Assembly (NCBI GenBank): GCA_000270325.1
Contig: BA000048.1
Location: 1,346,700-1,410,699, forward strand
Direction of reading: 5' to 3'
DNA: 64,000 nucleotides
Origin: Candidatus Caldarchaeum subterraneum
GTDB lineage: Archaea > Thermoproteota > Nitrososphaeria_A > Caldarchaeales > Caldarchaeaceae
The translations under genes and the position numbers were made by a program. A model generated the notes under the pieces. It did not search any database and was not told the origin of the DNA. It saw nothing but the letters and a program-made list of their open reading frames with translations. Below, one piece after another: positions 18,912 through 27,381 of this stretch (positions are counted from its first letter, which is position 1; every line of letters begins with the position of its first letter).

Positions 18912-19290
18912 AGTTTGTAGGGTGTGTGGAGCCGTGGCCGAGAAACCTGATAGCCATCACTACGTTACGGGGTTCGGCTATGTTTGCAGAAGATGTGGGC
19001 TGCAGCCGGTGGTTTGCGACGGATGTGGTGCGAAGGTGAGGCGGATGACCGTGACTGTTTTGAGAGGCAGGACCCTCTGCCTCAACTGCTATAGGGTAGA
19101 GCGTGAAAAAGGTGAGAAGAGAATTTTCAAAGAACATTCTGCGAACTCGGTTGAAGAAGCTTTTGCAGCGGCCCTCGAGAACTCCCCCGAGGGATATGTC
19201 TTTGTAGGCATCAGGCTTAAACCGAGCTCTAAACAGGTTTGGGTCGCTGAGTATGAGAGGGAGGATATTTTCCTCTCACGATGCAGCTGA
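18874..19290 (+). CDS. Double zinc-ribbon protein (4 x CxxC), function unknown
   Basis: CRVC...CRRC...CDGC...CLNC followed by a ~60-aa C-terminal domain. ATG at 18877 is likelier than TTG at 18874. Confidence 0.5.
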   Translation: MMLGHLGKRAENIVCRVCGAVAEKPDSHHYVTGFGYVCRRCGLQPVVCDGCGAKVRRMTVTVLRGRTLCLNCYRVEREKGEKRIFKEHSANSVEEAFAAALENSPEGYVFVGIRLKPSSKQVWVAEYEREDIFLSRCS

Positions 19291-19386
19291 GAGAATAGCG
19301 GTGTAGTAACACGGTATTAGCTCAAGAATACCAGTCAAGCCGAGGAGGTTGAAGATTATTAACATCTCAGTTGGGGTAGGTGCTGG

Positions 19387-20163
19387 ATGTTCGGGTTTCT
19401 GCGCAGAAAAGACGACTGGGTTGTCGAAGAGCAGCCTGAGCCACAGCCGTTCGAGATCACTGAAGAATTTAGGGCGAGGGTTGAGAAAGCGGTAACATCC
19501 CTAAACGCGCATATCGAGAGGCTCAACAACAAGTACAGAGACATGCTCGCGAGAAGCCGTGAATACTTTAACAGAACAGTAGAAGCACTTCAAGCCAAAG
19601 ACGACGCAAAAGCCAAGCTCTATGCATCGGAGATCGCGGAGATTAAGAAACTCGCGGGCATCGTGCTTCACAGCCAACTCGTGCTGCTGCAGGTCAAGAT
19701 AAGGCTTGAAAGCATTCTTGAACTCGGGGAAGCCCTCACACTGCTCAAACCACTGGCAACACTGCTCGAAAACGTGGCCGAGGAGATAAGCTACGTGACA
19801 CCGGAGGCATCGGAGCATCTCCGAAGCCTGATGGTGATGATTGACGATTTCATGGCAACCGCGGGCGTCTACGTTGAGCCCTCATCGGAGAAGATGCCCG
19901 AGTTTTCGGAGGAGGCCTCCTTCATTCTAGAGGAGGCGAGGAAAATCGCGGCCGAGAAGGTGCGGGAGACGTTCCCCGAGGCGCCGAGGCTAACTGATGT
20001 TGAAAAAGCTGTCTACGAGTATGTCTTGGGAGCAAATATCGAGGAGCTTGACCTGGAGACGTGCGCCAACGCTCTTAGCCTCGACCCTGAAACAGTCTCA
20101 AACATATTGAAGAACCTACATGAAAAAGGCCTGATACAGCTGGAGTTCGCTGAAACCACTTAG
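19387..20163 (+). CDS. cdvB: CdvB, ESCRT-III (Snf7-family) protein with C-terminal winged helix
   Basis: About 190 aa of helical ESCRT-III-like core, an acidic linker, then a wH (VEKAVYEYVLGANIEELDLETCANALSLDPETVSNILKNLHEKGLIQLE). Tail-to-tail with cdvC. TATA AGATTATTAAC lies about 25-30 nt upstream. Confidence 0.8.
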   Translation: MFGFLRRKDDWVVEEQPEPQPFEITEEFRARVEKAVTSLNAHIERLNNKYRDMLARSREYFNRTVEALQAKDDAKAKLYASEIAEIKKLAGIVLHSQLVLLQVKIRLESILELGEALTLLKPLATLLENVAEEISYVTPEASEHLRSLMVMIDDFMATAGVYVEPSSEKMPEFSEEASFILEEARKIAAEKVRETFPEAPRLTDVEKAVYEYVLGANIEELDLETCANALSLDPETVSNILKNLHEKGLIQLEFAETT

Positions 20164-21302
20164 GTGCCGTGTTTAGAGTTCCAGTCAAGCAGCTTTTTCA
20201 GGTTCTCAAGCACCACTGATTGCTTTCTCTTCTTTATTATCTCCATGAAGTCATCCATGGTTATCGGCCTCGGCTCTCCTTTCTCACCTGTGTTTGATGC
20301 AAAAAATTCGCTGACCACTTTCAACTGAGCCTCCATGCAGATGTCGTGGATGTCTGCGGCGGAGTAGCCGTCGGTTATTTTAGCCAGTTGGGAGAGCTCG
20401 ACACCGGCTTCGAGACGCAGGCCTTTGGTGTATTTCTCGAAGAGCATTATTCTCGCATCTATGTCGGGCAAGGGCACGAAAATCCGTTTCTGAAACCTTC
20501 TGATGAATGGTTCGTCTAGGTGCCATGGCTTGTTTGTGGCCGCTAATACGTAGAGAAAATCCCGCCGCCCTTTGTCGAGGATGCCGTCCATCTCCTTGAT
20601 TAACTGGTTTCTAACACGCGCCTCTCCACCGACCTCCATAAACCTCTCCGCGGTCAGCGAGTCGATTTCATCGATGAAGATGATGCAGGGCTTCCCATTT
20701 CTCGCCTCCTGCCTGCACTGGTTGAAGATTTTTGAGACGTTTCGCTCAGACTCGCCCAGCCACTTTGACATGATGGAGGCCGCGTCAAGAACGTAGAAGC
20801 TTGCGTCAAGCTCCGCAGCCACGGCAGCCGCCAGCAGTGTTTTGCCGCAGCCCGGAGGGCCGAATAACAGTATTCCACGTGGCCAGCCAAGCGGGAAAAG
20901 GTCGGGTCTCCTCGTGGGGAAAACTATGCTCTCCCGTATTGCTTTCTTCGCCTCCTCGATGTTGACGATGTCGTCCCAGCTCACGTTTGGTTTCTCACTC
21001 TGAAGCTGCTGCCGCGGCTGCGGCGACTGCTCGGCAAAAGTATCCACCCGCACAGAGGGTCCTTCAACACCGTTCTGAAGCTCCTCAATCCTAGCCTGAT
21101 ACTCCTTGATCTTCTCCGCGTATATGCGCTTAACCGTGCCATCGGGGCTGAGGCGGTAAAGTTTCCACAACACGTCTATCGCCTCGCGGTACGACTTTAT
21201 CGCCTTGTGACGCTGCCCGCTCCTATCATACTGAACAGCTTCACGGGCCCTCGAGGCAGCTATCCTCTCCAGCTCCTGAGACATATCCAAACCAGCCGAC
21301 AA
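20160..21302 (-). CDS. cdvC: CdvC / Vps4 AAA+ ATPase with N-terminal MIT domain
   Basis: MIT-like three-helix N-terminus, Walker A GPPGCGKT, Walker B IIFIDEID, and Vps4-type C-terminus. Confidence 0.9.
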   Translation of the reverse strand: MSAGLDMSQELERIAASRAREAVQYDRSGQRHKAIKSYREAIDVLWKLYRLSPDGTVKRIYAEKIKEYQARIEELQNGVEGPSVRVDTFAEQSPQPRQQLQSEKPNVSWDDIVNIEEAKKAIRESIVFPTRRPDLFPLGWPRGILLFGPPGCGKTLLAAAVAAELDASFYVLDAASIMSKWLGESERNVSKIFNQCRQEARNGKPCIIFIDEIDSLTAERFMEVGGEARVRNQLIKEMDGILDKGRRDFLYVLAATNKPWHLDEPFIRRFQKRIFVPLPDIDARIMLFEKYTKGLRLEAGVELSQLAKITDGYSAADIHDICMEAQLKVVSEFFASNTGEKGEPRPITMDDFMEIIKKRKQSVVLENLKKLLDWNSKHGT

Positions 21303-21456
21303 GGCGTCAACTCTTTATATCTTATCGCAGCAACGACTCACCGTAATAGCCGATAACATACAAGGCTATGTCCTCGGGCATATTTGAAGCCGGTTGAAGC
21401 GTGATGTTTGAGGGAATTTATATTATAGCCAGAAGCTGGCCCCGCGGGAAGGAAAG

Positions 21457-23211
21457 TTGTCAACATCTGCGGAGGCTCGGCCGAAGCCTTACATCAGGGA
21501 GGTTATTCTGGAGAATTTCATGTCTCATGAGTATAGCCGGATACCTCTTCGCAGGGGGCTTAACGTGATTGTGGGGCCTAATGGGGCGGGGAAATCCTCG
21601 ATACTGCTGGCTATTTCTGTCGCGCTCGGTCAAACCTACACCGAGAGAGGCCAGAGGCTGGCTGACCTCATTCGTAGAGGTTACGAGTCGGCGAGGGTTG
21701 CGGTTGTTTTTGACAACAGGCCCGTGGACGGCGTCCGCCCCATACCCTCGATAAACTCCGACACCGTGACCATAACACGTTTCCTCAAAAAAACGGGCGA
21801 ATACTGGCACTATGTAAACAATCGTTTCAAGACAAAGGCCGAGGTCGGTAACCTTCTCTCAAGGATTGGGATAAACCCAGACAACGTACTCATCATCATG
21901 CATCAGAACATGATTGAGCAGTTTGTGAGCCGAGACAGCAGGGAGAAGCTAGCGTTGATAGAGGAGGCTGTTGGTGCCGCTGGACTGAGGGAAAGAATCA
22001 GGGACACCGAGGCGAAGCTCTCAGCATTATTGGCGGAAGAGGCTGTGCTGCGTAAAACCCTTGACGAGGCACGCTCCGCAGTCGAGTTCTGGAGAGAAGA
22101 ATACGAGAAACTCACCATTCTTCGGCGTCTCGAGGAGCGGAGAAAACTCCTTGAGCTAGAGTATCTCTGGTCACTTGTCAGAGAGGCCGAGAAGTCGAGG
22201 GAAAGGCTTGAGGAGAAAATTGAGAGCATCAGAAGGGAAACCGAGAGCCTTGAGGCGAAAATTACAGAGGCGCGTAACACGGTCTCCACATATTACCAGT
22301 CGCTGGTGAAAGGGCTGAGAGAGGGCTGGAGTGAGAGGGTTTTGATGGAGACGGTTGACGGAATAGTGGCTGCGGCGGAGTCGCTGGGCCGTTTTCTCGA
22401 GAGACGAGAGATACGGGAGGATGAGCTGAGGCAGCTCCGCTACGAGGTCACTGCTCTGGACAAGGAGATTATCCGTAGACGCGGGGAAGCCGAGGCCAAG
22501 GGGCCGCGGACGGATACTGGACGAAAGCCCGCCGAAGTCTCGGAGGAGATAAAGGCAGTGGGCCTCCAGATAGCGGCCCTCGGAACACCCAACCCTCAGG
22601 CGGAGGAGATGTATCTCATAGCCGAGTCAAAATACCGTGAAGCCGAGCTAAAGGCCCAGCAGCTCAGTGAAAACGCGAAGAAAACCATGGCCGAGGTAGA
22701 GTATAGGAAGCAGAAATGGGCCGAGTTCGTAAGAGAGCTCGTCAACTCTGTTGAGCCAGAGTATCAGCATATCCTCTCCTTGGTCGGAGGCGCTGGAAAG
22801 ATTGAGCTACGAAACCTCCACGACATAGACAAGGCTTCTATCGAGATATACGTAGGGTTCCGCGGGGTCGAGCCAACTCTTCTCGACACCCATACACAGA
22901 GCGGTGGAGAGCGAATAGTCGCGACCATGGCTTTTCTCCTCGCCGTCCAGAAACACATCAAATCACCGTTCAGAGCCGTCGACGAGTTCGACGTACACCT
23001 CGACCCTCTAAACCGCGAGAGAATAATCCACATACTCACGTCCTCTGCGAAGAACGACCCAAATACACAGTACATAGTTATCACTCCCGGCCGGGTGCCT
23101 TTCACAGAGGAGATGAACGTGATAATAGTGCAGAGCGTTAAGGGGAAGTCAGCTGTGCTTGTCCCCGCTCAGACGGAGGTGGTTTCGGGTGACGAGCGTC
23201 AAGGTGGCTAG
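21457..23211 (+). CDS. Short SMC-like ABC ATPase with SMC5/6-type head motifs; no hinge and no zinc hook
   Basis: ILENFMSH...GPNGAGKSS (Walker A, nt 21574-21600), Q-loop MHQN, signature QSGGER (from nt 22897), and Walker B/D-loop AVDEFDVHLDPLNR (from nt 22981). About 270 heptad-rich residues separate the head halves. The protein contains no cysteine. TTG start, with TATA AATTTATATTATAG about 30 nt upstream. Confidence 0.8.
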   Translation: MSTSAEARPKPYIREVILENFMSHEYSRIPLRRGLNVIVGPNGAGKSSILLAISVALGQTYTERGQRLADLIRRGYESARVAVVFDNRPVDGVRPIPSINSDTVTITRFLKKTGEYWHYVNNRFKTKAEVGNLLSRIGINPDNVLIIMHQNMIEQFVSRDSREKLALIEEAVGAAGLRERIRDTEAKLSALLAEEAVLRKTLDEARSAVEFWREEYEKLTILRRLEERRKLLELEYLWSLVREAEKSRERLEEKIESIRRETESLEAKITEARNTVSTYYQSLVKGLREGWSERVLMETVDGIVAAAESLGRFLERREIREDELRQLRYEVTALDKEIIRRRGEAEAKGPRTDTGRKPAEVSEEIKAVGLQIAALGTPNPQAEEMYLIAESKYREAELKAQQLSENAKKTMAEVEYRKQKWAEFVRELVNSVEPEYQHILSLVGGAGKIELRNLHDIDKASIEIYVGFRGVEPTLLDTHTQSGGERIVATMAFLLAVQKHIKSPFRAVDEFDVHLDPLNRERIIHILTSSAKNDPNTQYIVITPGRVPFTEEMNVIIVQSVKGKSAVLVPAQTEVVSGDERQGG

Positions 23212-23953
23212 GGAGGAGCTGGAGAGGCTTATCGCCTTATGTGAAGCCGTCGCAAAGTCGGGAACTGACCCGTATAACCTTGACGTGAAAGCGATGCTCA
23301 GCAAGCTGCGTGGCATTTTGGAGAAATCCCGGAACGCAGAGGTTCTGGTCCTCGACGCAGAGACGCTCTACAGAATAGCTGTTGTGGTGGCGCTTCAGCA
23401 TAAATGGCTCAAGGACAGGGCCAACTCCCTTTTCCTCGACAGCCAAGTTATAGCTCTCAAGATAGCTTCGTCGGACAAGAAATCGCTAGCAGCAGCGTTT
23501 GTCTCCAGCTGGAGGCCCATCCTCTACACCGAGCAACTCACCATACACATGCTCAACATGGGTCTGGAGCATTTCCTCAGCCTACCCACGCGTGGAGAGG
23601 AAACAGCCGAGGAGACGCTGCCTTCAGAGGGCCTTGCCCTAGAGAACCTGTCTAAGACTTTTTCTCAGTATGAGCGGCTCGAGGAAGACGTTAGAAGGAT
23701 TCACGGGGAGCTGCTGGAGGCTAGGGATGTTGATGGGAGTGTGGATTATCTTAAGTTCATCAACGCCGAGGGCCCTTCTAAGGTTGTTGAGAGAGCTTTT
23801 CTTACAGCTTTTGTGGTAAGCGAAGGATACGCTGATTTGAAAAAGAACCCGTTGACGGGCGAGGTACGCATCATACCTTATACCGAGAAGGTGAAACGAA
23901 GCAGCGTCGCCTCGCTTGTTGTAACGGTCAAAGGTGGTGAACTCGTTGTCTGA
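23159..23953 (+). CDS. Kleisin-like (ScpA/Nse4-like) protein
   Basis: The N-terminal helical segment (DPYNLDVKAMLSKL...AETLYRIAVVVALQHKWL) resembles the ScpA N-terminus. The C-terminal segment (VDYLKFINAEGPSKVVERAFLTAFVVSEGYADLKKNPLTGEVRIIP) resembles the kleisin C-terminal wH. It overlaps the SMC-like stop. GTG at 23189 or 23204 is the likelier start. Confidence 0.55.
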   Translation: MSPLRRRWFRVTSVKVAREELERLIALCEAVAKSGTDPYNLDVKAMLSKLRGILEKSRNAEVLVLDAETLYRIAVVVALQHKWLKDRANSLFLDSQVIALKIASSDKKSLAAAFVSSWRPILYTEQLTIHMLNMGLEHFLSLPTRGEETAEETLPSEGLALENLSKTFSQYERLEEDVRRIHGELLEARDVDGSVDYLKFINAEGPSKVVERAFLTAFVVSEGYADLKKNPLTGEVRIIPYTEKVKRSSVASLVVTVKGGELVV

Positions 23954-24521
23954 ACAGAAGCCAGAACAGTCCACGGCGAGAAAACGTCTACAAACAGCCA
24001 TGGCCATGCTGCTCTTCACAAGCCATAGACTACCCGGGGTACGTGGCTACGAGCTGCGGCGAAGACTGGGCAAAAACTATCTCAAAGTCATCGAGGCCCT
24101 CAACCACAGGCTTGAGCCGATGGGGCTGCGTGTAAAGATTTTGTTCGAAACTGTTGTCGAGCAGCCGGGTGAGGAGGATTATGATAGAGCGAGGTATTTC
24201 ATCACGTTGGCGGAGCCTTTGACTCTTTCGGAGGTTGTTGCCGCGGGGTGGCGTGTTGATGAGTTGGCTGTCTTGGCTGCGGCCTTGGCGCTGCTTTTCT
24301 CAAGGGGTGGAAAGGCTCCGCGGAAAGATGTGATGGAGCTTCTGGAGGCTAAGATGCCGAAGTGGAGGGTTGAATCGGCCCTGGAGAAGTTTATGCGACG
24401 AGGCTATCTCGTTGACTCGGGTGACGGTGTTCTCTCCGTGGGTTGGAGAGCTGTTGCAGAGGTTGATCAGAAGCAGCTGCTCAAGGCCTTGACAGACCTA
24501 CAGACACGGGAAGTCACCTAA
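23934..24521 (+). CDS. Tandem winged-helix kite-like protein (ScpB / MAGE-Nse3-like)
   Basis: Two wH-like halves. LAVLAAALALLFSRGGKAPRKDVMELLE and VGWRAVAEVDQKQLLKAL recall my memory of the MAGE homology domain motifs GNxAPEEEIWEEL and WGPRAxAExxKxKVLEFL. 20-nt overlap with the preceding ORF. Confidence 0.5.
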   Translation: MVNSLSEQKPEQSTARKRLQTAMAMLLFTSHRLPGVRGYELRRRLGKNYLKVIEALNHRLEPMGLRVKILFETVVEQPGEEDYDRARYFITLAEPLTLSEVVAAGWRVDELAVLAAALALLFSRGGKAPRKDVMELLEAKMPKWRVESALEKFMRRGYLVDSGDGVLSVGWRAVAEVDQKQLLKALTDLQTREVT

Positions 24522-27381
24522 ACATACTCTGGATGCGTTGTTTCTCAGCATCGACAATCAGCTCCACAAGCCTAACACCGACAGAGCTCTCCTTCTCAAG
24601 GATAGCCGCGGCCTCCTCGATGTCTAGATATTTGCTGGCCAGGGTGAAGACAGCAGCTTTCCCATACTTCTCAACCAGCTTGGAGGTTGCCAAGGCCCTT
24701 CGCCGCATTTGTCTCTCAACACTGTTAACAGGCTTCCCCTTCCTAGAGACAAGATTCATCACAGCCTCCGGCTCCTCTCTCAATACACCGAGACGTCTTG
24801 AGCCACATGACCCACAGCTGGGCCACTGCTCCAGCTCCCGCACCAAACTCCTACCGAACCAGTTCCAGCAAACGGTGCAAACGAGCGTCACAGGCTCGTT
24901 GTTAAGTCGTCCGCGGACGGCGTTGACAACCAGCCTCTGCAAACGCTCCGACGCAATCACATCGATGTCGCTTGCGTATCTCTTGACCGTTAAACTCGTT
25001 AGCGGCGAGGGTTCGAGAAGCCTTACGACTGTTAGCTCTAGTTCTCCTGAGTAGATGCTTTTTAGAAGATTGTGGGCTTTCTCGGGTTCAAAATCAGCTA
25101 GAAAACAGTGCTGTAAAGCCTCCTCATATGTGACTGTGTCCTTCAAAACATCCGCAAGCTTGGCTGTGTCGATGTCCAGCAGGCTCGCGTCCTTCGCTAT
25201 CATCCCCATCTTACGGGCGACGTGGACAAGTCTTCTCCTGAACAGGCTAGACGACTCAACCGCTTTCCTGAAGCTCTCCCACCAGCTCCGTTCATCTGCA
25301 AGATTTTTCACAGCGTTGAGCACGGCGTCAGCGGTTATTTCACGTGACTTGTAGACGATTCTATATGCATCCTGCTGGACGGTGACGGCTGTTCCCAGCT
25401 CGGAGGAGACTTGGTAAGCGATTGTGCGGGCCAAGGTTCTGTTGACCTTAAGGCCTCCGCAGACATGTAGCACGACGTATTCAGGTGTCTCCTCGAGCAT
25501 CACAAGCCTGTCCGATGGGACTGGCAAACCCTGTTCATGATGCATCTTAACTTCTCTCAGCGACTTCTTCAACAGCGTTGTGGATGTGCGGTATTGTTGG
25601 GCAAGCATCTCGAGAGCCTTTTCCTCTTCACCGTTAGACAGGGCCTCGGCATATGTTCTCCTTATTGCTCCGACTTCCTGTGCCACCTCGTAGGGAACAG
25701 GTATTTCTTCCCCGACCCATGAGGGAACAGCTCCCTCGAGGCTGTCGAGCTGTGCCACGTAAATGCGTTCACCACCAGTCTGTATGATTTCCCACGCCTT
25801 TCCCATCAATATGAAGCGTGTTCCGGGTTCACCGTATTCGGCGACAAACTCTTCATCAAGTATGCCGACGGCTTCGCCTGTCGACTCGTTGACTACAAGA
25901 TACTGTTTCTCCTCTGGTATCATGGTGAGGTTGTTGAAATAGTATTCGTAGAGGATGTTGGTTCTGGGAGGTGTCTCAAGGATGTTGTCCGAAGTGAGAA
26001 CGGCTGCTCCAAGCTTCTCTAGATGCTGAGCTGTTTTCAAAAGCTGCTCCATGGTGAAGTTTCTGTAGCAGTAGGAGCGTTGGAAAATCTTGAGAGCATC
26101 CTCTAGTTTGACACGTTTCCGCTCGATGAGCAATCCCGCGAGCTGATGCGCCGCGACGTCATAGCTGTTCTCAAACACTGTGACATCTTCTATCAAGTCG
26201 CTGTAGGCTCTTCTGATGATTGCGAGGCTTTCCAACGCGTCGTCCGAGTCTGTGACGATGATAACACCTTTTGCTGTGCCTGAGACGGTGTGGCCGCTTC
26301 TGCCCACACGCTGGACAAGCCTTGTCACCTCACGGGGGGAGTTGTATTGGATGCATAGTTCTATGCGGCCCACGTCGATGCCCATCTCGAGGGATGAGGT
26401 GCATATGACTCCCGAGAGGCCTCCTGCCTTCAGGGCCTGTTCAGCGCCTATGCGGGTGGATTTGGCGAGGCTTCCATGATGTATGCCTATTGGTGCCGCT
26501 TCGTCCCATGCCCTGAACCTGTTGGTCAAAATCTCTGAGAGCGGCCTTGTGTTGGTAAAGACAAGGGTGGACTCGTGCTGTTCAACGAGTCTTCTGATTA
26601 GACTGAGCCTCGCGGCCACCTCGGGATGAACAGAGAGCTTCTCAGCCAATTCGTAATCATTTTCGTCGGGGTCGGGATACTCCACCGAGAGCTGAAGCGA
26701 CTTGGATAATGGCACCCTCACCACCGCGCAGCTTCTTCCATGGCCCACGAGAAACTGTGCAATTTTCTCAGGCGTCCCCACAGTGGCCGACAAACCTATC
26801 CTCTGAAAATCTCTCCCAGTTATCTCCACAAGCCGTTCCAACGCGAGGGAAAGCTGGCTGCCTCTCTTGTCACCTGCGAGTTCATGCACCTCATCGACCA
26901 CAACGGCCTCAACACGTTTCAGATACTGCCTCAATATCCGAGCTGTCAAAAGTATCTGAAGCGTCTCAGGAGTGGTTATCAGGATGGTCGGCGGCGAGAG
27001 GGCCTGGGCTCGTCTTTCCCGCTGGCCTGTGTCGCCGTGTCTCACGCCCACCGTCATGTCGAAGCGGCTCGCCCACCACTCTATTCTGTCGAGAAGGTCA
27101 CGGTTAAGGGCCCTTAGCGGCGTTATGTAGAGGATTTTCACACCTTCAAAAGAAGATGACAGCAGCAGGTTGTTGATTAGGGGGATGAGTGCGGCCTCTG
27201 TTTTGCCTGTTCCGGTCGGAGCCATCAATAGAATGTTCTCACCGTTCAATACATGTGGAATGGCCTGTATCTGCGGAAGAGTGAGGTCGCTAAACCTCTC
27301 CAGCACAGCGTCTCGCAAAACTTTCGCTAAGCTGTTGAGGACCTCAAGCCCTTCCTTGGACGCTTTCACCCGATTCTTCAC
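24514..27381 (-). CDS. lhr: Lhr-family large ATP-dependent DNA helicase
   Basis: SF2 motifs MAPTGTGKTEAAL, DEVHEL, SATVG, TSSLEMGIDVG and QRVGRSGH, followed by a long DEAD-associated C-terminal region with a CxxC...CxxC zinc ribbon. Confidence 0.85.
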   Translation of the reverse strand: MKNRVKASKEGLEVLNSLAKVLRDAVLERFSDLTLPQIQAIPHVLNGENILLMAPTGTGKTEAALIPLINNLLLSSSFEGVKILYITPLRALNRDLLDRIEWWASRFDMTVGVRHGDTGQRERRAQALSPPTILITTPETLQILLTARILRQYLKRVEAVVVDEVHELAGDKRGSQLSLALERLVEITGRDFQRIGLSATVGTPEKIAQFLVGHGRSCAVVRVPLSKSLQLSVEYPDPDENDYELAEKLSVHPEVAARLSLIRRLVEQHESTLVFTNTRPLSEILTNRFRAWDEAAPIGIHHGSLAKSTRIGAEQALKAGGLSGVICTSSLEMGIDVGRIELCIQYNSPREVTRLVQRVGRSGHTVSGTAKGVIIVTDSDDALESLAIIRRAYSDLIEDVTVFENSYDVAAHQLAGLLIERKRVKLEDALKIFQRSYCYRNFTMEQLLKTAQHLEKLGAAVLTSDNILETPPRTNILYEYYFNNLTMIPEEKQYLVVNESTGEAVGILDEEFVAEYGEPGTRFILMGKAWEIIQTGGERIYVAQLDSLEGAVPSWVGEEIPVPYEVAQEVGAIRRTYAEALSNGEEEKALEMLAQQYRTSTTLLKKSLREVKMHHEQGLPVPSDRLVMLEETPEYVVLHVCGGLKVNRTLARTIAYQVSSELGTAVTVQQDAYRIVYKSREITADAVLNAVKNLADERSWWESFRKAVESSSLFRRRLVHVARKMGMIAKDASLLDIDTAKLADVLKDTVTYEEALQHCFLADFEPEKAHNLLKSIYSGELELTVVRLLEPSPLTSLTVKRYASDIDVIASERLQRLVVNAVRGRLNNEPVTLVCTVCWNWFGRSLVRELEQWPSCGSCGSRRLGVLREEPEAVMNLVSRKGKPVNSVERQMRRRALATSKLVEKYGKAAVFTLASKYLDIEEAAAILEKESSVGVRLVELIVDAEKQRIQSMFR

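Noticed and set aside
19313-19332. Inverted repeat GGTATT-N8-AATACC between the zinc-ribbon gene and cdvB
   Set aside because: The stem is only 6 bp and is not followed by a T-tract. It is too short to call a terminator or operator without conservation data.
21401-21407. GUGAUGU (C-box-like) in the cdvC / SMC-like intergenic region
   Set aside because: There is no downstream CUGA D box or terminal stem. It sits just upstream of the TATA of the SMC-like gene.
21457-23211. Calling the 584-aa ATPase Rad50 or a Wadjet/JetC or MksB protein
   Set aside because: The protein has no CxxC zinc hook and indeed no cysteine. No mre11, herA or nurA lies nearby, and neither does a JetD/Toprim nuclease. 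The head motifs look SMC5/6-like, so the call is kept as generic SMC-like.
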